Below are positions 25,706-37,595 of a DNA stretch of 64,000 nucleotides, one piece after another (position 1 is the first letter of the stretch; every line of letters starts with the position of its first letter). The notes beneath the pieces are model-generated. The model made no database searches and was not told the origin of the DNA. It worked only from the letters and a program-made list of their open reading frames with translations. The translations under genes were made by a program, and so were the position numbers. This stretch comes from Lama guanicoe (lineage: Eukaryota), in contig MU054323.1 in the NCBI GenBank assembly GCA_013239625.1, positions 248,001 to 312,000 of the forward strand. The letters run 5' to 3'.

Positions 25706-27299
25706 CCCGCCGAGCACAAGATGTGCTGCCCTGACTCCTGCTCCGGCCTCTCTACCACAGGACGTTTGAAGAAGGCGAATGGAGCGTGGGCACTTGCACT
25801 GAGTGTCAGGAGGAGCTGAGGTGCCGGGGAAGCGGGCCTCCCTGTCCTGCTCTGAGCACAGAGCAAGGAAGGGCGTCAGCAGCGAGCAGTGCACGCGCAC
25901 GGCTCTGCCCCCGCGCTCCCGCCCGGCCCCACTCTCTGCTCTGCCTTCGTCCCCGTGGTTCCTCCTCCCGGGGTGCTGTCGTGTGGTCCCAGATCTCGCT
26001 TCTCTGAGGCCTGGTCCCGGCTCACGGAGGCAGGAGGCCCTTCTTGGTACACCCAGAAGACAGAGATCTCTCTCCTCCACTAACCACAGCCCAAATGGTG
26101 ACAGCTGCTAACCCGCTGGATGGTCTCCGGATTTCCAGGCTGCTTTGCTGATTTCTCTCACTCGGTACATACAGCAGAACTGAATTAAGTACTAATATTA
26201 TCCCCATTTCACAGATGGAAACGCCAAGCGCAGGGAGTCACCTGTCCTTCATTCAACAAATATTGAGGGGATATCAAGTGTGTGCCAGGCTGGGGACCAG
26301 CTGGCCTAGGTGCTCCGCCCCCTCCAGGCATCTGCATCCAAGGGGTGGAGCAAGCCAGGCCCGGAGGAGGGGGCAGGGTCCCATGAAATCTCAGATGCCT
26401 CCCCAGAGATAAGGGCGCTTTGATCTCCCTTCTATTTCCTACACCAAGGAATTCCATTCAGGTCTTTGGGCAGGCTGGCTTCCTCTTCAGGCGCTGCACT
26501 GTTGGCTCCGAAACATCCAGAAGGACACATTTCTTGTTGATGAACTCAGGATCTGCTTGGTTCCTCAAATAAGGATCTCCTCCTGTCCACCTCTCAGCCT
26601 CCAGCCCCCTGCAGGGGTCCCTCCGCCCTCAGCCTGTCACAGCCTGAAGCTGGTCCCCCACTGGAAGCTTCTAGATGGCCCTGGATAGAGGGGCAGGGAA
26701 GAGGAGCCACCTTGGGACACTCTCAGCTCTGGGGCCCACAGGCGTGTGGAGAGAGGAGACACCATCTTATCCACCTATCAGCTGGGACTCCTTGGGCGAC
26801 TGACCTCACCTCTCTGGAACTCAGTTTTTCAGCCTGTAAATGGGGACAATGGTGGGACATTGCCCATCTAGAGGGCTGGGGGAATCTGAAGAATGTGAAG
26901 GTTGTGTAAGTGCTAACCTGATGGCAGGGAGGGGGCCTTTCCACTGACTGGGGCAGGAATGGCCCTCTACTATGGGAAACCACCTCCCGTTTTTATCTTG
27001 GAGATCATGTATTAAGCCATTGCTTAGGGAACACAAATTGCATTACGCTGAAACAGTTTTTATTTTAAAAAATCTTGATGCTGTGGAACTTTGTGCTTTC
27101 TTGTTATAAAGAGCCATTGATAAAGAGATAAGGCCACTTCGCAGTGACAGTAAAATGAAGTCCCTGGCTGGTAAGTAAGAGTTAAATGTAATCGGACACA
27201 AGGATGCTTTAGGGATGTGGTTTGAAATTTATAAATGTATGGTTGTGAAAAGACCCTTATTACTGAACTTTCTGCAGGAAAAAATAACTTTATTTTCCA

Positions 27300-28056
27300 C
27301 TGGAGAGAGTGTGGAGAAAAGAGAACCCTCCTACACTGTTGGGTGGAGTGTAAATTAATGAAGCCACTATGGAAAACAGTAGGAAAGTTCCTTAAAAAAC
27401 TAAAAATAGAATTATCGTAGGATCCAGCAATCCCACTCCTGGGCATCTATCTGGAAAAGACAAAAACTCTTAATTTGAAAATATACATGTACCCCAATGT
27501 TCATAGCAGCCCTACTTAGAATAGCCAAAACATGGAAGCAACCTAAATGCCCACTGACAGATGAACAGATAAAGAAGATGTGGTATATTTATACAATGGA
27601 ATATTACTCAGCCATAAAAAAGAATGAAATAATGCCATCTGTGGCAACATGGATGGATCTAAAGATGGTCATACTAAGTGAACTAAGTCAGACATAGAAA
27701 GACAAAAATCTTATGTCACTTATATGTGGAATCTAAAAAAAAAGATACAAATGAGCTTATTTACAAAACAGGAATATATTCACAGACAGAAAATAAACTT
27801 ATGGTTACCAAAGAAAAAGGTGGGGGAGGGATAAGTTAGAAGTTTGGGATTAACGAAGTACTATATATAAAATACATAAACCACAAAGACCTACTGTATA
27901 GCACAGGGAACTATATTCAGTATCTTGTAATAATCTATAATGGAAAAGGAGCTGAAAGAGAATAGATACGTGTGCGTGTTTATATATAAATCACTTTGCT
28001 GTACCCCTGAAACTAAACATTGTTAATCAACTAATGTCAACTAAAACAAAACAAAA
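27300..28056 (+). mobile_element. 5'-truncated artiodactyl/camelid L1
   Basis: ORFs 27235..27420 and 27497..27697 translate to the L1 ORF2 C-terminus (LLHCW..PLWKT; AKTWKQPKCPLTDE.IKKMWYIYTMEYYSAIKKNEI); A-rich tail. Confidence 0.9.
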
Positions 28057-28149
28057 CTTTACTTTTGCTGGGCTGAAATCCTCACGAAAGCGATTCCTTT
28101 CAGAACATGATTTCTGAGATTTTATATGAATGTAATGTTTATGCTTTAG

Positions 28150-28370
28150 CAGGGACAGGCTACCTGGAGCCCCTACCAAGCCCATCTATCTTATTTAATC
28201 TTTTCAACAGTCCCGTGAGGCAGTTACTGTCTCCATTTTCCAGCTGGGAAAACTGAGGTCCAGCGAGAACAAGTACTTAGCTCTGGTTGCAGAGTTGGTA
28301 GCAGAGAAGGAATTTGAAGGCAGGACTGTGGGCCCCTGAAGCCCTATTTTCTACTGCGGTACTCAACCCA
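28150..28370 (-). mobile_element. MIR SINE
   Basis: ctccattttccagctgggaaaactgaggtccag..aggaatttgaa. Confidence 0.65.
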
Positions 28371-28949
28371 CCCTCCTCGGGATAAAAATTTCCCTACCTG
28401 GCTCCACCCCATAAACACCAGATGACTGGGACTCGCAGGGTGAGAGCCTCCTGTAAACTGTGAAGTCCTGCACATCGGGCAGACCTTTTCACATCAAAGC
28501 TCTAATTTATTACAAGTAATTTAGAGCTTGTTATTCCCTCCACCAACAGAGCCTTGCTTTACAGAAGGAACCACCGCAGGGTTCCTTGCATAATGAGCGT
28601 TTAAAATATTACTAAATACAACTTTCCAGGAGCACAATCTGCTGGAGGAAAGTGAGGGGCAGTTCGGGCTGGGAAGTGAGGTCTCTGGAACCGTAGGATT
28701 TTGCAAGTGCAAGAGGGGAGGACAAATAAATGCTTTGGGTCACCCCAACCCGTCCACAGCCCTGGAACGACCAACTCACTTTTTTTAACCTACATTATTA
28801 CGTATCATCAATATGCCTCTAGTAACTTGCATTTATGGCCGGGTCTGAGAGACTTATTATTTCCAGCAAGGCCCAAAAATGTTTAGTAAGCTTTTTCAGT
28901 CTATGGTTATATGCACAAGCATCATTTAATAGTGGTGCACAGCCATGTG

Positions 28950-29522
28950 GGCCAGTAATTCCACCTCGGGGTTTACCCACAAAAGAATTGACAGCAGGGA
29001 CCTAAGCAGATCCTTGTACACCAATGTTCACAGCAGCATCATTCATACTAGCCGAAAGGTGGACACAACTCAAACACCTATCGAGGGATGAATGGATAAA
29101 CAAAATGTAGTATGAACATACAATGGAATATCACTCAGCCTTGAAAAGGGAAGGACGTTCTTACACGTTTTACAGCTTGGATAAACCTTAAAGGCATTAT
29201 GCTAAGTGAAATAAGCCAGACACAAAAGGACATGTGTTGTATGATTGCACTTATATGAGGTAACTAAACTCATCAAATTCAGTGACAGAAAATAGAATGG
29301 TGGTTGCTGAGGGTTGGGGGGAGGGTGTGGAAATGAGAAATTAATGTTTGATGGGTGTGAACTGTCTGTGATAATGAAAAAGGTTTGGAGATGACTGGTG
29401 GTGATAGCCACACAACAGTGTGAATGCACTTAATGCCACTGAACTGTACACTTAAAAATGGTGAAAATGGTAAATTATGTTTCCATTTTATGTTATGTAT
29501 ATTTGACCACAATTAAAAAGCA
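28950..29522 (+). mobile_element. L1MB-like 3' end
   Basis: gatgaatggataaacaaaatgtag..cattatgctaagtgaaataagccagacacaaaagg..gaactgtacacttaaaaatgg. Confidence 0.85.
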
Positions 29523-29544
29523 AAGTCAATGTATGACCTGAATA

Positions 29545-29740
29545 ATAATGATGATTACCATTTTCTGAATACCTGATAGGTACTCAGCCTACAACCGTAT
29601 GAAGTGGTCATTACCTTTCCAATTTTATAGATGAAGAAACTGAGGTTCAGAGTGGTTAAGTGATTGCCGCCAAAGTCATAAAGCCAGAAATAAAGGTGGG
29701 ATTTTAAACCAGGTCTTTCTGGCAGGTCTCTCTACTTCTG
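29545..29740 (-). mobile_element. MIR SINE
   Basis: attttatagatgaagaaactgaggttcagagtggttaagtgattg. Confidence 0.75.
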
Positions 29741-30042
29741 CGTGCCGTTTCCTCTCCTCTGAATGCCTTAGCGCCCTCTGCATGGCCTGAGATAAAAGGA
29801 TTTTGTTTCTTTTACAGAAAACTATCAGCGAAAGCATTTAGCCTTGGATCATTAGCTAGGACCTGCCGCTGGCACAAATTCAGTGCAGTCTGCGGTTAGT
29901 TCCTCCTCACTCTGCACCTCAGCTTCCCCAATCAGGCAATCTGGTGGCTGGCCTCCAAGGGCATGTCCAAGTCCCACATTCCAACACTCCCTAATACCAC
30001 ATAGGCCCTAAAACAGAACTGCCTAAAAGGAAGCTAAATTCA

Positions 30043-30172
30043 TAAGCTGACCCTAAATTTCCTCTTGCTCCGGACCGTCCCAGTTTCTACCTGTTGCCTT
30101 ATGTACTGACAGTTGCACTCCTGAAACTTTTAAAAGTGTCCTGGTTTGGCCGATGGTACAAATTTACTAACC
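30043..30172 (-). mobile_element. MER94-like hAT-Blackjack remnant
   Basis: gtcccagttt..cctgttg..aaaagtgtcctggtttgg matches the reverse of MER94 as recalled. Confidence 0.55.
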
Positions 30173-30659
30173 AGATTTTGTTTTGGCAACAGTTGACTTC
30201 AGACCTCACAGTCACAGCTGCCTCTTGTAAATTCTTATTACTATTTGGATTGAAACCTACAAGGTAAAACCATCCTAAGGTTGTCAAGATCGATATTGCA
30301 GGCTTTGTTCTGAAGTCACTCAGTGGGGACAGTTATATGCATCTCTGTTTCAAATTTGCAAGCCCAGATCCCTAATGATTTGTTTGTTTCTGCTTCAAAG
30401 CTTTAAAAAGCTCTTTTATCTATTGTCTGATAGGGGTTATTTTGTGATTTAAAAAAACACAATTCAGTTCAATAATTAAGAAAAAAAAACCTAAATGTAG
30501 GGCCAACACATGCAAAACATCTGACCTGGCAAGATGGGTTAAAGAAGTAACAGCTACAGGGTATTTGTGAGTTGATCCTTAGAAGAACCACACTTTTATA
30601 CAAGCAGAGTCAAAAATAGTCTTGTTAAATGGTTTGGTCGTTCATCATCACTCTGAAAA

Positions 30660-31170
30660 GTTTTAATTTTTTTTATTTCATCAAAAACTAATACATGTTC
30701 ATTCTAGAAAATGTGAAAAATATAGACAAATACCAAAAAAATCCCATTACCCAAGACACTGACTATTAAAATTTGATATATATTTTCCATTATTTTTGGA
30801 TTCATATATATATATTATTTATCCAAAAATAGCATACATGCTATATATTTTTTCTATAACACTTTCTGTCCACTTATATGTCAAGGTTTTTTTTCCTGCT
30901 TCATTAAATACAGTCCATAAAACCACTTTAATAGCTATATGATAGTCTATCCTATGGATGTGTCAAAATTTACTTAACTATACCCCTAGTATGGGGTGTT
31001 TCTTTCCAATTTTGTGCTTTAAAGAAAAAACCCAAAAGGATTAAGATAATCATTCCTTTGGCTAAAACTTTGTGCACACCTGAAGTATTTTTGGAGAATA
31101 AATTTCTAGAAATGCATTTGTTAGTTTACAGGAGATATACTTTTAAGGCTGTTAATATATATTGCTATCC
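30660..31170 (-). mobile_element. Degraded L1ME fragment
   Basis: aatacatgttcattctagaaaat..aatcccattacccaagac..ataaatttctagaaatg. Confidence 0.55.
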
Positions 31171-31238
31171 TAGTCACTGTGAAAATCCTAAACCTTCCAA
31201 AACAAACACAAAGCAAGAAAAAAATGGAAGGGACAGTT

Positions 31239-31548
31239 TTATGGTCCTAGATTTCTTCCCCATAATCCACTTCCCTCATGTTTCATGGTGGTAGCTTCTA
31301 ATCCTGGCTCAGCCCTCACCCATTTGAGCCAAACACAAGATATAATCTTATGGTCCTAGATTTCTTCCCCATAATCCACTTCCCCCATGTTTCATGGTGG
31401 TAGCTTCCAAACCAGCACTGGCCCAGCCTGTTGGATATCTGCGGGGAGACCATTAAACTGTAGAGGGGAGAACCCAGGACTGGTAGATGTGACGCGTGGC
31501 TTCTAATCCTGGCTCAGCCCTCACCCATTTGAGCCAAACACAAGATAT
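31239..31548. repeat. Local A-C / A-B-C duplication (60-bp and 50-bp units)
   Basis: 31239-31298 = 31348-31407 (1 mismatch); 31294-31343 = 31499-31548 (identical). Confidence 0.95.
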
Positions 31549-34500
31549 CTGGCCTTCTGGACTTAAGTTCCACCATTCGTGAAACTAGGGTCAGCCAGGT
31601 AATTATGAAAGGCCCTTCCTGCTCTTACAGAGGAAATGAAAGAAAACAGATGGGGATGCAGGTAAAATATTAACATGGTACTTCCGACCGCTTGTCACTT
31701 CCCAGGGCTCCCTTTCATCTTAACCTCCCGCGTATCTTATATCTTCCCGGTGCTTGGCTGCATCTCGCCTTTACTTATTTCACCCTTAAACGCACTCTTG
31801 GACAGGCTTGCACTAGGTGGTCAGCGATGACCTAGCCTTTCTGAGTCTTTTGGAATTGGAAGGAATCTCTGTCTCCAATGTGCTCCTTTGCAGTTTATCT
31901 GGAGCCTTTGAAATGCAAATCACTCCAACCTGCCGCTCTGGGAAACTGGATTCTCTAAGGCCTCCAACTGACCTCCACAGCCTGCTCCAAGCCCCAAGTA
32001 GGCAGGACTCGGGGGCCTGCTTCCGAAGATCAAAGGGACATTGTTCATCTAAAGTCACCACCAGAAAACCTAGATTAGCGAGTGCTTCCGCCCCCATCAG
32101 TCTTTAATATCAAACTTCTGTTAACACAGGCGGGCCACAGGGGGTCTGGCCACAGGGCTCTGAGCAGCTCAAGAAGGGAGGCTACTGTGACATCTCAGAA
32201 GAGGGACAAGGTATCAGGTAAAGTTGCTGCTCTGACCTCTCTTGGTCTAGAACAAACCAAAGTGGTCAAGAGTGGGGATTCTGGAGCTGGCCGGCCTGGA
32301 GTTGCATGAAGGAGATGCCAATTCAGGTGTTTGGAATAATCTGAAGGAATCCCTATGGCTCTGTTGAAGTGACAGGTGACGCACCTGTTTCAGGGGTACA
32401 TTGTGGTCTCTGCCTTGATTCTTCTCAAACAGGTCCTGACCGGTCAGTGGAGGTCAACCAGCTCAGGTGAGCGGGGAGTGGATTCTACCTACTCCACCAC
32501 TGGTTGCCACACTGCAGTCCAGATTGCCTGGACCCCTGCCTTCTCTTCCAGTGAATGCCCCGTGGACACATGAATTATCTCCACTCCCTCCTGGAATCCA
32601 CTAGAATGATAGTAAAGGAATGCAAAAGGCATGGTGCACAAGGACAAAGGGGAGAGGAGAGCTAGCCACAGAATTTTAGAAGCTGGAAAACAGACTGATT
32701 AGCTGTAACTAACTTGGCAGAGAGAAGAATTATCTTTCTTCAGTAGGTTGAGTAAACCAGAGAGGAGACAGCAACAAATAAGAGATGTCTACAAAGTTCT
32801 AAAAGCTTAAAAACAGATGGACTAATGGCATCTGACTGAAGAGAGAGAGGAGAAGGGGGTCTCTAACTTCCTTCCGTAAGCTGACATGAGCCTGGGAACT
32901 ATGGGAAAGCTCCATATGGGAGGCCCTAGATTTTAGGATTCAGAATGTGGCTAAAAACTGGAGCATTAGTTAAAAGTCTTCATAAGGAGCAGTTAAAACT
33001 CCAGATGCCCTCCCATAACCCATTTTGGCAGGATGCTGAAAGTTTACTCCCTAAAGTAATGAAATTGCAGAGGATATCATGCTAGAGACACCAGGTACAG
33101 CTGAGGACAGGATGACATTTGGCTTTGAAAACTAGGACAAAGTAAAAGTAAATACAAGTGCAGAGTAATACCATCCCATCCTATCTTTGCTTGACTCTCC
33201 AAATGGTGGTACTCAGCTTATAACTACCCCATGCACATTTTGGCAAGAAAATGGAGAAATTCTCATGGCAGAAATTGATGGACCAAAACAAGAAAAAAGG
33301 GATCTGTGAATACTTACATTTGAAAGTTCACCCAAAGACCCAGTCAGGTCCCCACCTGATCATATTATAATAAAGCTGACCAGTTCCATACTTGCACACG
33401 AAGCTATTTAGGGTTTCATTTTAAAATATGGTTATATAGACAAAGATCACCCTATTTTTAAAGAAAGCCTCTAATATTTGAGAAGCCAAAGCAATTTTTA
33501 AAAGGGAACCCAGACCCATCAGGAGATACTTCATCTAAATTTTAGGAAATCCAGAGTGAATTTTCAGAGAAACTACACAGGAATATTTCCCAGAGCTAAA
33601 GAATGACTTTTTAAAAATAGAAAGCGTCCTCCAAGTGCCTATATAATGTATGAAAAAAACATATATTGTTATAAAATGTAATAATGGTAAGTATAAAGGA
33701 GATATCCTAAAATCTTTCAGGGAAAAAAACCAACTAGAAAACCAGAAACTAAAAACACATGAAAGCAGTGTCTTGAGAATTCTGAGGGAAAATATTTCCC
33801 AATATAAAATACTCTACTTATCTAAAATATCAATCAAATGTCCTTTGAAACTTACAATTCAGACTTGAAAGATCTCAAAACCTGATCTCCAACAAATTTT
33901 TCCTCAGGAAGTTACTGCAGAATACATTCCACCAAAATGAGAATGTTAAAGAAAGTAAGACATGGAATATGGCAACTATGGGGTAATGGGCATCAGATTT
34001 ACCCTCCCATCTGAAACAGATAAGGAATCCAACAAAACATGTAAAACAAAGCTCTCAAGACTTTGGACACCAGGTAACCAAGACCAGGGAGCTCTGAGGG
34101 ATGGGGGACAAAGTGAGCCCCATGGCGCAGGGTGGGCCAACAAGACAGGACCCTTGGTGATGGAGCTGGAACTCTGGGGAAGCCAAGGAAGCTGGTATTC
34201 ACCGGATAGAATGGTTGAGCAGAGAGAGTTGCACAGAAAGAGAACTTCAGGGATCTGAAGAGGGTTGACCCCCTCACGTGTGCAGCTGAGTACTTATCAG
34301 TGCATGTGGGTGAGAAAACCACGCACAGTCAGAGAAAGAACCATTAAAAGGATCAGCTGAGTAGCGCTGAGGCTACTGCCTGCTCCTAACAGTCCAACTG
34401 CAAAAACTCATAATATAGGAGGTATCAGCTAAATACTAGAGTTTTGCCCCAGACTTGGTTGGGAGGTGAATCCCAGACTGACAATTTCTTTGTTCCAGGC

Positions 34501-35133
34501 TAACAAAGATTAAAAACAAAAACTAAAAGGATTGTTTCCATGTAATTTAACCTCAACCCAGATCAAAATTCAAGAATATTTTTAAGAATACAAAAATATC
34601 CAGCACCTAAAGTAAATCAAATTCATGGATAAATATACAGACTATTTTAATTGTTATCATGGAAATTTCTTTAAATGATAAAACCAATTACAATAAAAAT
34701 ATTAGCAATGTATTATGAAATTGATAACATATATGGACGTAAAATGCATGAGAATAATATCACAAAGGCCTAGAGAGAAGACATGGAAGTATTTTGTTGT
34801 AAGATTCTCATACACTAAGTAGGGCAGTATCACTTGAAGGTAGCTGTAGAAAGTTAAAGATGTATACTATAGACTAAATATACATAAAACCATTAAAATA
34901 GAATATATAAAACTGCTAAAATAAGACAGCAAAGAACTGCAGCTAATAAGCCAACAAAAAGATTCGCATAGAATCATCAAAAATACTCAGTGAATTCGGA
35001 AGAATGCAGACAAGGGGGAAAGTGAAACAAAGAACACATGGGAGAAACAGAAAAAAAAAATAGTAAGGTGATAGATTTGAACCCAAACACATCAATAATC
35101 ACACTGAATAAAAACGGTCTAACTTCCTTGAGA

Positions 35134-35637
35134 TGTATAGGCTGTCTCCAAGATGGCCACCACTGAGACGTACCTTCTGGTGTTCGCACCATCACAAGCC
35201 TTCCCCACCCAGCATGGGCTGCGCTTAGTGATTTACTGAAGACGGGGTAAGGCTTATGTCCCGGTGTGTGATTGGAGACTAGGTTAGAAGGCAGGGTGAC
35301 ATTGCACACACGCTCTTTCTCTCTCTCTATCACTCCGTAGGAGCAGTGGCTATGGGAAAAGCCATGATATGAACAGTTCCTATGGCGGGTCCCACGGGGT
35401 GATGAACTCAGCCTCCTGCAAACAGCCTCTTGAGTGAGCTTGAAAGTGCAGTCTTCAGTCTCAGTCTTCAGAGACTGCAGCCCTTTGCTGCCTCCTGAGA
35501 GATGTTGAACCAAAATTGCCCAGCTGAGCTACCTCAGGATGTCTGACCCATGGAAACTGGTGAGATAGAAAATGTTTGGTACTTTACACTGTTGGGTTTG
35601 GGGGTCATTTGTTATATAGCAGTAGATTACTAATACA
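35134..35637 (+). mobile_element. MLT1F-like solo LTR nested in old L1
   Basis: tg..ctccaagatggcc..gagtgagcttgaaagtg..cccagctgagct..gggggtcatttgttatatagcagtagattactaataca. Confidence 0.75.
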
Positions 35638-35687
35638 GATTTTAATTAAAAGCCAGATATTGTTAAGCTGGATAAAAAAAGCAAGAC

Positions 35688-36412
35688 TCACCACTTCATA
35701 CCCATTAAGATGGCTATTATTTTAAAAACAAGAGCAACAACACAACAAACAGCAAATAATGTGTTGACAAGGATATAAAGACATTGAAACTCTGGTGCAT
35801 CACTGGTGGGAATGTAAAATGCTGTAGCCACTGTGAAAACAGTACGGTGCTTCCTCGAAAAGATAAAAGTAGAATTACCGTATGATCCAGCAATCCCGCT
35901 CCTAGATATGAACTGAGAGCAGGGACTCAGATTCTTACACACCGATGTTCATAACAGCATTAGTCTCAATAACCAAAAGATGGAGACAACCCAAATGTTC
36001 ACTGATGGATGAATGGATTAACAAAATTAGGTATATACACACAATGAAATATTACTCAGCCTTAAAAAGGAATAAAATTCTGATACATGCTAAAACATGG
36101 ATAAACTTTGAAGGAACTATGCCAAGTGAAATAAGCTAGACACAAAAGAACAAAAATTGTGTGATTCCACTTATATGAGTAGACAGATTCATAGAAACAG
36201 AAAGTAGAGTAGAGGTTACCAGGGGTTGGGAATGGGGAGTGATTGTTTAGTAAGTACAGTTTCTGTTTGGAATGATGAAAAAAGTTCTAAAAATGGACAG
36301 CAGTGATGATTGCACCACATTATAAATGTATTTGATGCTACTGTACAACACTATAAAAAGACTAAAATGGTAAGTTTTATCTTATGCATATTTTACCACA
36401 ACAAAAAAAAAG
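35688..36412 (+). mobile_element. L1MB-like 3' end inserted in the ORF2 start of an older L1
   Basis: L1 ORF2 C-terminal ORF 35945..36139; flanking TSD-like tggataaaaaaagcaagac (35669-35687) / tggatgaaaaagcaagac (36413-36430). Confidence 0.8.
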
Positions 36413-37189
36413 TGGATGAAAAAGCAAGACCCAATGATATACTGCCTACAGGAAACTCATCCTAAATATATAGGCACAAATAGGTTAAAAGCCAACAAGG
36501 GAAACAGATGTGCTATGCTAAATAATCAGAAGAAAGCTCGAATGGCCATATTCATATCAGATGATGTCTATTTCAGGGAAAGAACGTTATCAGGGATAAA
36601 ACAGGTCAGTGCATCAAAAAGACACAGCATCTTAAACATCATGTGCTTAATAACTGCGCTTCAAAATAAATGAGGCAAAAATTAATAAAACTGCAAGGAG
36701 AAACAGACAAATTCACAATTACAGTCAGAGATTTCACCAACCCTCTCTCAATAACTATAAAACAAGAACACATAAAATGAGTAAGGGTACGGAAGATTAA
36801 CACTATCAACCGACTTGACTTAATAAACGTTTATAGAACATCACCAACAGCACCGCATACGTTATTTTCAAGGACACATGAAACGTTTATCAAGGGAGAC
36901 TATAATTCAGGCCATAAAACAAGAAAGTCTTTATAAATGTAAAAGGATTCAAGTCTTACAAAGTATCTTCTCTGTCCACAATGAAATGAAATTAGAAATC
37001 AATAGTAGAAAAAGATCTAGAAAATCTAAAATATTTGGATCCTAAACAATACATGTCTGAATTATCTGTGGTTCAAAGAGAAAGTCTCAAGGCAAACCTA
37101 AAAATATTTGCCACTAAAAGAAAACGAAAACACAACATATCATCCAAGATAGTGCTTGGAAATCTAAAGTGCTAACTAACTGTATTAGA

Positions 37190-37595
37190 AAACAGAAGAC
37201 ACTCACAGACATAGAATATAAACTTGTGGTTGCCAAGGGGGTAGGGGGTGGGAAGGGATAGACTGGGATTTCAAAACTGTAGAATAGATAAACAAGATTA
37301 TACTGCACAGCACAGGGAAATATATACAAGATCTTGTGGTAGCTCACAGAGGAAAAAATGTGACAATGAATATATATATGTATATTTTTCATGTATAACT
37401 GAAAAATTGTACTCTACACTGGAATTTGACACAACATTGTAAAATGATTATAATCAATAAAAAAAGTTTAAAAAATCTTTTTAATATGAAAATGAATATA
37501 TTCATGTATATGCATGACTGGGACATTGTGCTGTGCTCTAGAAATGGACACATTGTAATCAACTATACTTCAATAAAAAAATTTTAAAAAAAGGA
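37190..37595 (+). mobile_element. Camelid-type L1 3' UTR fragment(s), two tandem tails
   Basis: gactcacagacatagaa..gtagaatagataaacaagattatactg..ctacactggaatttgacacaacattgtaaaatga; same family as 52630-52845 and 55472-55632. Confidence 0.8.

Larger units (their letters stand above)
24290..26050. promoter_or_regulatory. GC/CpG-rich orphan island-like region, candidate distal enhancer
   Basis: Visibly high CpG density at 24.9-25.3 kb and 25.8-26.0 kb; clustered E-boxes and TGACAG motifs. Confidence 0.45.

Noticed and set aside
34977..35513. 178-aa ORF
   Set aside because: Antisense read-through of an MLT1 LTR and L1 sequence
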